Source: Octopus vulgaris (Eukaryota). From it: 64,000 nucleotides of DNA. Positions 40,383 to 52,813 of this stretch are shown piece by piece. The notes under the pieces are model-generated. The model had not been told where the DNA came from. It did no database searches and saw nothing but the letters and a program-made list of their open reading frames with translations. The position numbers were made by a program, and so were the translations under genes. The DNA is taken from NCBI GenBank assembly GCA_951406725.2, contig OX597822.1, positions 55,490,001 through 55,554,000 of the forward strand. Reading direction: 5' to 3'. Positions within the stretch are counted from its first letter, which is position 1. Each line of letters starts with the position of its first letter.

Positions 40383-42752
40383 ATCTCTTTTTGGATCGAT
40401 TTCCAATCTGCTTTGTGGAAGTTCAGATTAGAGAGATTTCTGGTGCTTCCTTTAGGCTGTATGTCTCTGGTCACTTTCGGCCCAAACATTGACAGCTCTA
40501 TTATGTTGTGATCCGAGACTAATGTCGGTGTCACTTTCACATCATGAATGATGTCCATATACTTCGTGAAGCAGAGATCCAGAATGTTATTCGCCCCGGT
40601 TGGTTTGAGTACAACTTGCTCCATGAATAAGGCATTGGTGAGGTTGAGCTGGGACTCCACCTGTACTTGCATGCAATGATTCATTCCTGAGAGTATGAGA
40701 CCTTCGGGCCATTTGACGTTGGGGAAGTTGAAATCACCCATAAGTAATATGGTCACGTGGTGTTCCAGATTCATGGGGATTTCTTTAATTATTGTGAGGC
40801 AATCTTCAAACTTGCCTATGTAATTTGGAGCATCCGGTGGGCAATATGTATTGCATATGACTATATTATGTTGTCTTATGTATACAATTAAAGTGTCACA
40901 TACCGAACTTGAGTATGTCAGTAAAACCTGGGGTGTGAGGTCATCCCGGATGTATACAGCAACTCCACCATGGCTCCTTTCCCTTCTGTCTGTTCGCAGT
41001 AAGGTATAGTTTGGTACATGTACTTCTGCGTCCTCTATATCAGGGCTGAGGTGAGTTTCCACGAGTGCTATGCATAGGGCTTGATTGCATGCAGTAAGAT
41101 CTCTCAGGAAAGAAATTTTGCTTTTATTTTGATGCAACAGGCCCCCAATATTTAGTAAAGGTATTGGGGTGACGGCTGTGCAGGTGTTAGGGGAGGTCAT
41201 CCCGTGTCTGTTGACTGTAATGGCCTGGCATAGTGGTGGGCAAGGTTCCTTCTTTGTGCTTGGTGTAGCCAGGTTAGCTGCTGAACAATCCTTAGCGCCA
41301 TGCACAAAAAGACTCTTGCTCAGCTGCTGCGTTGCGCAGAACATCTGAGGAGCACACTTCTTTTCTGAATGTTTTCCTGGAAGACATTTCTTGTCTTTCC
41401 TCAGTAAAGCTTTTCTCTTTGAGTCCCCTGAAGTTCTGGCGGGGTGTCGAGTGGGCGACCCGACAGTTTCTGCCGTCTTCCCCATGTCAACATTTGCCCC
41501 GAAGGTAGAATTTACAGGTTCTTGGATGCCTTCCAGATTTCTTCGTTCCTGAAGTGTAGTGGGTGGCGTTGGATCCTCCATGGGGTTTTCAGCTGTTTGT
41601 GTGGAGGTTGGGGTTTCAGCTTTGGTGGTTTTGCCTTTTCCTTCCTTTCCTTCTTTATTTTTGTTTTCCGTCCTTTTTTCTTCTGTTTTTCTAATTTCTC
41701 ATTTCTTTGTAGGACTACTGGTAAACGGGGGCTTCCTTTTTCTGCTCCCTTGGTTCCCCTATCCTTCTCTGCCTGGTCGTTCACTGGGGTAGGTGATCTA
41801 TTTTCTTGAGGAACCTCTGGATTACAGAGACTTCCGGGTTCTTTTTCTTTTTCGTCCACTTCATCCTTATTAGCCTTGCCGCAATAATTTTCAATTATGT
41901 TATCCAAGGTGTTGATGTGTGGTTTTATAAGTATGTAAGACCGGATAATTTCACTTTTATTCCGCTCTATCTGTTCAATGGTTCTATGAAAGCCATTGTT
42001 CTTTAGCGCAGCAATGATGATGTTGTTTGGCGGATCGCCACTAGCAATCATCCATGCCCGTAGCAGAAGATTTAACTCTTTCTTTTCCCACTTTGGTGCC
42101 ATCTTCGTTTTTGAAGCCCAGAGGGGGAGTAGAGATAGAGAGAAACAGAGACGGAGAAACACTGAGGGGAGAAATAGGGAAAGAGAGAGGGAGATATGAA
42201 GGAAAGAGAGAGGTGCTATGAAAGAAATAGAGAGGGTGATATGAGGAAAGCAAGGGGTTGTGGCGTGTTAAAGAGATAGAGGAAGGTAGAGAAGGGGGAG
42301 AGAAAGAGAGACAACGTGAGGGAGAGGAGAATAGAAAGAGAGACAGAATGAAGGAGGAGAGGGGAAGAGAAAGAGAGACAGAGGGAGGGATAGGATAGCA
42401 AGAGAAATAGAGACAAAGTGAAGGAGAGACGGGAAAGGATGAAGGATGTGAGAGAGAAGGAGAGACGGAGTGAGAAGAATGGGCAAATGAGAAGTATATG
42501 AGAGAGAGGGTGATGTGACGAGAGGAGAGGTAGATGTGAGATGGAAAGGAAAGAGAAGTGAGAAAAGAGGAGGATATGAAAGGGAGGGAGAGAGATGAGA
42601 GAAAGTGTAAGATATGCAAGAGAGAGCGAAAGAGTAGGCGTAAAGAGAGATAAAGGAAGGGAGCGAGGAGCTGGAAGTGGAGGAATATATGTAAGGGAGG
42701 GGAAAGGAAGAGGGTAGATATGAAGAGAGTGGGGAGACCAAAGAAATACATA
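40383..42752 (-). mobile_element. Duplicated 5' part of the CR1-group LINE, unit U3, with an uninterrupted APE domain in the 477-aa ORF 40148-41581
   Basis: The ORF track shows the complete APE motif set in one frame. Confidence 0.9.
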
Positions 42753-43415
42753 ATTCTAAACTAATTACGATTATATTTCTAACTCGGTCGTAACTCAGAT
42801 ATTAACTTAAATTACAAGAAAATAAACAAATGAAAAGAATTTTAAATATAAGCTTTATAGAGATAAAATGAAAGATAGATTGAAAGCGAAGTGGACGCTG
42901 AAACAGAAATTGAAAGAAGATTATTCTCAGAATGTAAACAAATATTGAGTCGTAACTCGTAACTCAGATGTTAAAGTAAAATAAACAAATGAAAAGGATA
43001 CTTATTCGCAAAAGGCAAAATCCGAATCCTCGTGCTTATACAAAGAAGTTTTCTTTCAAAAAAGAAAAGAGAACAATTCTTTTTCCTTCTAACATTTGGC
43101 TGGAGATAAATTATAGACTTGCCACCACGTACTTTTTCGGCGAAGAAACTCGCATACGTAACTAAATTTAATGTATTATATTTAGCTTCAAGCGAAATGT
43201 ATTACGGTTTTCAATTAATATATTTTAGTAGACCGTTATGAGTTGACAAGTTCTACGTTTTGTTAGTTTTAGTAGATTATTTCGTCGATTTATGCAAACC
43301 TTTTTGTTTTTTTTCAGAGTGAAAGCAAACACGTCCTTCCTCTACGAAACCGGAAGTATATAGTTATATATATATGTATGTATAAATATAAATATATATA
43401 TATATATATATAAAT

Positions 43416-44020
43416 AAAATAAATATAAGAGAGTGGTCACTATATTGCTCACTCTAGCACCAGTTAATCCAAAAGGTTTCAACCACAAAAATACATGTTT
43501 CCCATGAAAGTCAGTACGATTGTTAGCTCACACGGACAGGGCAAATAAAAAATAACAAAAATACAGATTATTTTGGGACAATTGTTTCGCTATTAATGAA
43601 TTAAATGTAATTTTACTTACAAAAAAATCCACTTGTAGCTCGTCAGCCAAAACTATCTGGATGAAATCCACTCAATCACACGCCAGATTTTACCATAACG
43701 ATAAATACACGTGTGGTTCAATTGATTACATCCGACGTTATAATTCAAATGCCCCAACTAACAGCGCGCCAAACTTTCACGGAAAACAAATACTGCATTT
43801 AGAAATAAATGCAGCATAATTATAATTAATTAATAAGGGTGAGAGAATTAGATACTAATTTAATAGTATATCTATTCAACACCAAGTGGCCTAGTGCTCC
43901 GAGAAACCTGGATTATTATAATATTTTATAATATATTATAATATTTTTACAAAATAAATATAAGAGAGTGGTCACTATATGTCTCACTCTAGCACCAGTT
44001 AATCCAAAAGGTTTCAACCA
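43416..44020 (-). mobile_element. Retrozyme-like element: 535-bp monomer with 70-bp direct terminal repeat, inserted in (TA)n of U3 only
   Basis: 43416-43485 matches 43951-44020. U1 (~30560) and U2 (~37030) have plain (TA)n at this site. Confidence 0.85.
43571..43652 (-). ncRNA. Type I hammerhead ribozyme, canonical core
   Basis: Minus strand TTTTGG-CTGACGA-GCTA..TAGC-GAAAC-AATT-GTC^CCAAAA. Confidence 0.9.
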
Positions 44021-44850
44021 TATATATATATATATATATATATCGCGATTTCGATTCCCAGACCGGGCGTTGTGAGTGTTTATTGAGCGAAAACACCTAA
44101 AAGCTTCACGAGGCTCCGGCAGGGGGTGATGATCCCTGCCGTACTCTTTCACCACTCTTTCTCCCACTCTTTCTTCTGTTGGCCTGCTCGCTTAGCCAGC
44201 GGGGTGGGGTCATTCGAAGGCTAAAACAATGCACCTGTGCAATTGGCATGTTAAAAGCACCATTTAAGCGTGGCTGATGCCAGTGCCACCTGACTGCTTC
44301 CCATACCAGCGGTACTTAAAAAGCACACACTACACTCTCAGAATAGCTGGTGTTAGGAAAGGCATCCTGCTGTAGAAACCTTGCCAAATCAGATTGGAGC
44401 CTAGTGCAGCCACCCGGCTTGCCAGCTTTCAGTCAAACCGTCCAACTCATACCAATATGGAAAGTGGATGATTAAGATGATAATGTTTATAATCACAATA
44501 ATTTATCATTAGAATTACTTTCTACAAATTGAAATTTAATGTGCTGAGCTATTAGCAAGTTTAACAACTTCCTGTAAGACAGCTCTACATGGGACTATAT
44601 ATGTCAGCCAATCTGAAATGTAAGGTATCATAAGATATTATAATCATAATAATTTATCATTAGAATTACTTTCTACAAATTGAAATTTAATGTGCTGTAT
44701 GACAGCTGTACATGGGACTATATATCTATATATATATATATAGGCATTATTAAATCTCAGAGCGAGATGTAAACAGTAACCGCTCAGCAACGTAAAGTAT
44801 AAAAACCATCTCAATATGGCTAACCACAAAGTGGGGGTGTTACTGTATAT

Positions 44851-44949
<99 letters not shown>

Positions 44950-45844
44950 CAGAGAGAGACAGAGACAGAGTTAACAGACCTTTACTTTGTCTGAATTTCA
45001 TTCACAGTGTGTTACTGAAACTTGTTTTTGACTTCGCATTTGAATAGTCATTGTATTTGATTGATATTTTTATACACATTACAGCAAACATTCATTCAAG
45101 GATAGGTTACTGACATGAATTGGTTCCAACAGGTTGATTATAAGTCAATTTGGGTGCATCAGCCTATAGGTCAACATAGTTTTGATTTATCTCTTTAAGG
45201 TATATTCTCAGGTAAAAGTCCCGCACAGTATTCTGTATTATACTATATATTGGTAATAGTCAAAAGTTTTGGAGTGTCAAGTCAAATGAAGATCATAGAA
45301 ATCAAGTGAGTCATTGGGCAATATACTGTACTTGTGAAGACCTGTTGAACTGAGTAAAATCCTAGTCATGTCCAATGTCAGTGCCGCCTGACTGGCAGCT
45401 GTGCAAGTGTTATGTTAAAAGCACCATTCAAGCGTGACTGATGCCAGTACCACCTGAATGGTTCCCATGCCAGTGGTACTTAAAAAGCACCCACTACAAT
45501 CTCAGAGTAGTTGGTGTTAGGAAAGGTATCCTGCTGTAGAAACCTTGCCAAATCAGATTGGAGCCTAGTGCTGCCTGTTGACTTACCAGCTCTCAGTCAA
45601 ACCGTTCAACCTATACCACTATGGAAAGTGGATGATTAAGATGATGATATTATAATCATAATAATTTATCATTAGAATTACGCACCGGACCACGGTTTCG
45701 AGATTATTGTCTCTTATCAAACGGGCGGTAACCACCAGGTCACGATGAAAGGCAAGGCTTGCTTTGCAAATATATAAGAGTTTTTCTAGTGACGTCTGCC
45801 ACAGATTTCGAAAAACTGACTGTAAGCATTATTAAATCTCAGAG

Positions 45845-47985
45845 CGTCAAACAGTTGAGAGTGAGGACGAGCTCTGCCAGGCGGAGAAGGGTGGGGGTGC
45901 TGGGGGGTGGGGTCAGGACGACGGTCGAGGAAGTGCTGGAGGGCTAAGAGACCCTCGTTGTGAGGAATTAACGTTTACAGGGATTTTATGTCTAAGGTGA
46001 AGAGGAGTTGTGAGGGGCTGGAAGGGAAGAAAAAGGAATTGAAGGGATGGGAGGGCTGCGACTAAGGGGGACAGGATGCGGTCGAGGTATAGGGAAAGGT
46101 GTTCAGTGTGGCAATTACAGGCAGAAACGATGGGGTGGCCAGGGTTATTGGGTTTATGAATTTTGGGAAGGAAATAGATGGTGGAGGTGCGGTGTGTGCG
46201 GACGATGAGGTTGGTGGCGGTGGGGGGGGAGCAGAAGAAGAGATGAGGTCGTGGATGGTGGAGGACACTCGCTGTTGGTAGGAAGAGGTGGGATCGGAGG
46301 GGAGGAGGCGATAGAAGAGGGGATTTTGAAGCTGGCTGAGCGCTTCCTCCCTGTATAGATCTGCGTCCCACACCACCACTGCTCCGCCTTTGTCCGCCGG
46401 TTTGATGATAATGTCATTGCGGCGACGGAGGTGGCGAAGGGCAATCAATTCAGCCCGAGTGAGGTTGGCTCGGAGAGGTGTTTTTTTAAAGTTAAACTGG
46501 TTGACCAACGCGTTGTAGTCGTTCACGAACAAATCTAGGCTACTGAATTGGCCTGGGGGCGGCGTCCAGTTGGATGGGTAGCGCCCCAGCTCCAAAAAGC
46601 AATCCTGATTGTCGTGACGCTGCGGGGACGCGTGGAAGAATGCGCCAAGTTTGAGGCGGCGCAGGAACTGGTTGACGTCGGTCCGAGTCTCGAATTCGTC
46701 ACAGTGGCGCGTGAGAGGCGTGAAGCGGAGTCCCTTACTGAGGAGAGAGCGCTCGGCAGCGGAGAGGGGGAGATTGGGGGTGTATAGTGACAACAGTGCG
46801 AGGAAGCGGGGTGGTGGGTAAGGAAGAGGGGGTGCAGAGGTGTGCGGAGGAGAGTGAGGGTGGTTGGGTGAAGATGGGGTAGGCGTAGGAAGGTCAGGGT
46901 GGGGTGTGTGTGGGTCCGTAGAGGGGGAAAGGGGAGGGGTGGTGGGTGCGGGATAGGAGGGAGTCGGAGGAGCTGGAGGGGGAGGATGTAGGGGATGGGG
47001 ATGGGGGGAAGGAGTCGAAGGGTTGAGGAGGTGGTGGAGTTTTTTGTGTGTGTGAGGAAATTGTGAAGTTGGTGGTTGAGATTAAGAATGAAGAGGAGAA
47101 TAGGTTGGGTGAAGAGTGGAGGGCAGTGGAGGGCAGAAGGAGGTAAGCCTGGGGATGTTGGTGGTCAAGGGAGTGAAGGAGAGAGCGGGTGGAATAGATG
47201 GTTGCACGGATGAGGAGGCGGGAAGTGCGGGCGAGGGTGGGTTCGATGAGGGGAGAGGAATAGGGGGTGGCGTGGAACTTCAAGAGGAAGCCACGGGGTG
47301 TGACGTGATGGCGGAGGCAACGGCTGAGGAAGGAGAGATAGCTAGTGTGGCGAGTTTTTTTAAAAAGTAAGTGAGAAAGTATTTTTGCGGGTTGTAAACA
47401 TTGGGCGGGGAAAAAAGCGAGAAAGCGGCTAAGAAGGGATTGAAGGTGTTGGACGAACGAGTGCAAGTCAGGCATGTTGCGAAGTGGTGAATGTTTGTGT
47501 AGGTGTAAGTGGTGGCGACACAAGTGGAAAAATGGAGGTAGAAGAAGAAAGGTAAAGAAGGAAAAAGAACGAGGAAAAAGTTCGAGGAAAAAAAAAGTTC
47601 GAGGAAAAAAAAGTTCGAGGAAAAAAGAGTTCGAGGAAAAAAGAGTTCGAGGAAAAAAATTATTGTAGAGTCACGCGGACAGATTTTTTTTGATTTCCAA
47701 TCACGATTTCAGTGGCGTACTCCGGAAGAATGGTAACAGTAATCCGTAGGTGTAAAAATCCAGGAATTGGTATCCAAGACACTCAGTATCCGTGTGAGCG
47801 TACGGTATATAAAGTTAATCCAAACAAGAAAACACAAAAAAACACAAAAAACACAACAACGCAAGGACGTGGAACAAATAAAATATTATTGAACGCTCAG
47901 GAAAGAAAGGAAGAAGGAGAGTTTAACGTTTCGAGCGGAGCTCTTCGTCGGAAACATAGGAGAAGGAAAGATCCCGAGAAGGGTG
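45845..47985 (-). mobile_element. Penelope-like retroelement, 5' part (pLTR, N-terminus, DKG region, RT start), 3'-truncated
   Basis: LS.AERSLLSKGLRFTP, NLTRAELIALRHL..DIIIKPADKGGAVVVW, LPKIHKPNNPGHPIVS and LFTLDIKSL motifs. pLTR at 47812-47985 has a minimal HHR variant at 47921-47955. Confidence 0.9.
47569..47660. repeat. ~17-19 bp tandem repeat (GTTCGAGGAAAAAAGA), about 5 copies, in the Penelope 5' region
   Basis: Seen directly. Confidence 0.85.
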
Positions 47986-48494
47986 GAATTTACCTATGAT
48001 TTTTCGAAGTACATTCCATTCTATATTTTATAAATTAAAATTGGTTTTTAATTTACTTTCTGTCGCTAAGTTTTGGTAGTATTAATTTGCGGGCGTACTT
48101 CAGTTGTCAATTGTTGCAAGAAAGAAATTGTAAGCTAAGAAGGTGTATGTCTGCGTGTGTGTGTGTCTGTGTGTGTGTGAGTGTGTGTGTGTGTGTGTGT
48201 GCTTTTTCTATGAAAATCCCATTTACTTTCTGTCGCTAAGTTTTGGTAGTATTAATTTGCGAGCGTACTTCAGTTGTCAATTGTTGAAAGAAAGAAATTG
48301 TAAGCTAAGAAGGTGTGTGTGTGTGTGTGTGTGTGTCTGTGTGTGTGTGAGAGAGTGTGTGTGTGTGTAGGAAGTGAAGGATAAAAATATGGCAAGAAGT
48401 GGACAGATGTACATACATACATACATACATACATCCATACATACATACATGTGTGTGTGTGTGTGTATGTATGTGTATTAATGTGTGTGTGTTA

Positions 48495-48880
48495 TCTCTC
48501 TATATAAAGCTGAAGTTGTTTGTGTGCGCCAGGTTTGGTAGCCTTCAACTAACACCATCTCCTCCGAGACCCTGCGGCGCAAGTTGACCAAAATTGAGAG
48601 TATGATAGGAGGGTTGCTCTTCCTTCCGTACAAGATAAAATTCAAATCGGACCATGTTAACACCAAAAATTATTTACATCAAAAACGTGCTTTTTTCTAT
48701 GAAAATCCCTATTTTTTACGATTTTTTCACTGCTGTGTCGCCACTTTTCGGTGTATTTCAACCTGAAAAATGTTCACTTGAAGAGAATAACAAGCTACAT
48801 AATGCAAAATTTTTACTTTTCAAAAATTCCAATTCCAGCGAGTCGAAACAAACCCGAGCAACGCCGGGCGATACTGCTAG
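48495..48880 (+). mobile_element. Non-autonomous Helitron (~385 bp)
   Basis: A|TC 5' end, 3' hairpin CCCGAGCAACGCCGGG, then CTAG|T. A reverse copy lies at 56495-56858. Confidence 0.88.
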
Positions 48881-48883
48881 TAC

Positions 48884-48942
<59 letters not shown>

Positions 48943-48970
48943 GTGTGTGTATGTGTGTTCAGGTATTTTA

Positions 48971-49248
48971 TATTAGAAGAAATGAGATACTCAGAAATAC
49001 GGCTGGTTTTATATTTACAGATATTTATTTGTATATTACATGTTTTTATACATCATATAAGCTCAATAACACAATAAAATGGTCAAAACTTTTCACACAG
49101 GAACTAAGTTCGATTTGAAAATCCCATTAGAATGGGAGAAAGCGATAATACCTGATCTGAGTTATATGATGTATAAAAACATGTAATATACAAATAAATA
49201 TCTGAAAATGTAAAACCATCCGAATTTCTGAGTACCTCATTTTTTCTA

Positions 49249-49251
<3 letters not shown>
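48971..49251. other. Fold-back structure with ~90-bp inverted arms (48971-49060 / 49161-49250), PLE-like end
   Basis: TATTAGAAGAAATGAG..CATCATATAA pairs with TTATATGATG..CTCATTTTTTCTAATA. Confidence 0.75.
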
Positions 49252-49304
<53 letters not shown>

Positions 49305-49354
49305 GTATATATATATGTGTGTGTGTGTATATATTTTTTAAAATTTTATTTTTT

Positions 49355-51078
49355 ATTTTATCTAGTTTCAGGTCACAAACTGTGGCCATGCTGGGGCACC
49401 GCCAATTGGTGTTGCTACATGATTTTACTTCACGAATGCTTTTTAGCAAAACCCATCTGGTGCATGAGAGAGTTCGATGCATCTGCCCTCATCTGCACCT
49501 CCTGCCGTGAAGTTGGTTCATCTGGGACACCTGATAGGAAGAAATCCAGTTTTATTTTAAAGACATCTGCATCCATCCCATGCAGGTCTCCCAGGTCCTT
49601 CGGGAGGATATTGAAGATCTGTGGGCCTCGGAAGCCCAGGCTATCACAGTATCTTGTCCTATATCTTGATGGCAAATTTGGAGTCTTTGGCACTATGCAG
49701 TGGCGCCCAGTTCTAGCATTTGTGTAACTCTCGATGCCAAAGCTTGGGACAAGTCATTCTAGGATCCTCCAGATGTATATTATGGCATATCTTTCTCGCC
49801 TACGCACTAAGGAATAAAGTCTTAATCTCTTGAGTCTTTCCCAGTAGCTTATATGCTGCACAGAGGCTATTTTCTTCGTGTAGCTTCGTTGGATCGCCTC
49901 AAGTTCTGTGATTAACTTGACACTGGATGGTGACCATAGCTGGGAGCAATAGTCAAAGTGGCTTAGGATAAGTGTCCTCTCCAGAGGACCATCATGATTT
50001 CCTGGTCTCTTGTTCTAAAGGTTCTAAGAATCCATCCGGTCAGCCGCCTAAATTTCATTGCCAATTTAGCAACATGCACATGAAAAGTTGCATCATCACT
50101 CATGTAAATACCCAAATCTCGCACTGATTGTGCCTCTGGGATTGCAATCCCTCCGGGTCCAGTGTATTTATTGGGTATTGCATTTAGTTTTGCATGCTGA
50201 TAACATAGAGCTTGAAACTTTTCAGCATTGAACTGCATGCTATTCTTTTCAGCCCACTTGTATATTTTGTCCAGCTCACATTGCAGGTGCACAGTGTCTT
50301 CAGGGTTCTGTATTGCCCGTGAAACTTTTGTATCATCTGCATAACTTGTGATCGTGGCTCTCTGCGTGGCTGAGGGCATGTTTGAGAAGGCCATTATAAA
50401 CAGTAGTGGTCCCAAAACAGTGTCTTGCGGAACACCGCTCACTATTTGCGTGTTATTGGAGGTGGTCCTATTGGCTACAACTTCCTGACTTCTATCCTTC
50501 AGAAAGTCATGAAGCCATTCTCCCAATTTTCCAACTATGCAAAGATCACGCAGTTTGTGACATATCATTCCATGATCGACTTTATCAAAGGCCTTTGCAA
50601 AGTCGAGATATATTACTTTCACATTTGAGTGGTTGAGCAGTCGTTTCAGCACCCAGTCATAGTGTTGTAGGAGCTGAGCTAGGCAGCTTCTTCCTGGTCG
50701 GAAACCATGTTGGGTGTCAGGCAGCAAGTCATTTTCTTCAAGGAAGGTGATTAGTTTCCTTCTGACTATTCGTTCCATGACCTTGCTGATGTGTGAGGTC
50801 AGAGAGATAGGTCTGTAGTTCTTGGCCTCCGCTCTGCTACCTCCTTTATGAATAGGGCATATTTTACCTTCCTTCAGTTTTCTTGGAAGTTTGCCAGTTG
50901 CAAGGAAGCTCTGAAAGAGGAACTGCAGTGATCTTGCTAGGACTCTCTTACATACTTTTAGAAGGATTGCTGGGAATCCATCGGGGCCAGTAGCTGAGTT
51001 TGTTTTCATTTCATCTATAGCCTCTATTACATCGTCTTCCTTTATATTGATGTAATCATTCATCGTTGCCTCTGATTC
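49355..51078 (-). mobile_element. 5'-truncated CR1-group LINE (second subfamily), RT ORF 49963-51063
   Basis: GPDGFP, NYRPISLTS, YLDFAKAFDKVDH and YADD motifs. The 3' tail is homologous to that of the 25095 element. Confidence 0.92.
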
Positions 51079-51084
51079 TATATC

Positions 51085-51159
<75 letters not shown>

Positions 51160-51340
51160 ATTAGGGCTTAGTAAATTAATTACTTTGCCACATACTGAAC
51201 TTAGTAGAAATAGCAGCCAAAAAAAATTTTTTTACCCATTTCTACTACTTAAAGAAAATTTCTCTCAGATAATGTTTACTCCAGACAGCTCACGAAGGTT
51301 TGGAGGTAAATACAGAAAAATATCACAAGTACATAGATCG

Positions 51341-51403
51341 TTTGAGTACGTCAACGTTTCAAGATTAGCCAAATAAAATCAGCATTTCTTTCGTCAGCTC
51401 AAA
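51341..51403 (-). ncRNA. Type I hammerhead ribozyme, inverted copy
   Basis: Reverse complement of 51944-52006, with one substitution in the stem II loop. Confidence 0.85.
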
Positions 51404-51943
51404 ATTTCTTAATTTGGATTTGGAAACACTAAAAAGAAGGAACTTTACCTATCGGCGAACTTGTCGCTTCAAATGAACCAGCTCCAACTGCCAGTGCCAA
51501 CAAATTCAAAATGCGCAGGCGTAAATTTCTGCACTCCTTTTCCACCCACGTGGTCTATCTAGCAAACATTATATTTTAACCGCGAGAACCAAGGCATGGC
51601 AAAGTAATTAATTTACTAAGCCCTAATTATATAATGTAATATTTTGAATTCGCCTTAAATGGTCCTTTTACATACTGAACACTTGGTGAAATTGATTAAT
51701 TAATTTTACCCTCAATTGTTGATATTATAATTCATTTCTCTCTGTCATACTGCCTTGGTTCTCGCGGTTAAAATATAATGTTTGCTAGATAGACCACGTG
51801 GGTGGAAAAGGAGTGCAGAAATTTACGCCTGCGCATTTTGAATTTGTTGGCACTGGCACTTGGAGCTGGTTCATTTGAAGCGACAAGTTCGCCGATAGGT
51901 AAAGTTCCTTCTTTTTAGTGTTTCCAAATCCAAATTAAGAAAT

Positions 51944-52006
51944 TTTGAGCTGACGAAAGAAATACTGATTTTATTTGGCTAATCTTGAAACGTTGACGTA
52001 CTCAAA
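51944..52006 (+). ncRNA. Type I hammerhead ribozyme, canonical core
   Basis: TTTGAG-CTGACGA-AAGA..TCTT-GAAACGT-TG-ACGTA^CTCAAA. GUA triplet, predicted cut after 52000. Confidence 0.9.
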
Positions 52007-52281
52007 CGATCTATGTACTTGTGATATTTTTCTGTATTTACCTCCAAACCTTCGTGAGCTGTCTGGAGTAAACATTATCTGAGAGAAATTTTCTTTAAGT
52101 AGTAGAAATGGCTAAAAAAATTTTTTTTGGCTGCTATTTCTACTAAGTTCAGTATGTGGCAAAGTAATTAATATACTAAGCCCTAATTATATAATGTAAT
52201 ATTTTGAATTCGCCTTAAATGGTCCTTTTACATACTGAACACTTGGTGAAATTGATTAATTAATTTTACCCTCAATTGTTG

Positions 52282-52337
<56 letters not shown>

Positions 52338-52602
52338 TATATATATATATATGTATATATATATGTATATATAAATATATATATGTATCTATATATATCT
52401 ATATATGTATGTATGTATGTATCTATCTATCTATATATATACATACATATATATATATATATACGTATATATATATGCATAGATACATATATATATATAT
52501 ATATATATTATCTATATATATATATCCATATACATACATATGTATATATATATATACATATAAATATATTTATATGTATATATATATAAACATATATATA
52601 TG

Positions 52603-52739
<137 letters not shown>

Positions 52740-52813
52740 GGGAGTATATCCAAACTTACAGGGAAAAATTAGATTTAGGATATAATCAAATTTCACAGTT
52801 TAAATAATTTAAT

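Larger units (their letters stand above)
27111..46292. repeat. Tandem triplication: U1 27111-33990, U2 33991-40382, U3 40383-46292
   Basis: Identical chimeric junction GAGGTGGG-ATC-TCTTTTTGG at 33991 and 40383. The parental sequences are intact at 27111 (LINE) and 46293 (Penelope). Confidence 0.95.
51155..52289. mobile_element. Retrozyme/PLE-like element: inverted 5' copy plus partial tandem (560-bp monomer), within (TA)n
   Basis: 51155-51596 is the reverse complement of 51751-52192. 51597-51729 matches 52157-52289. Confidence 0.88.
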
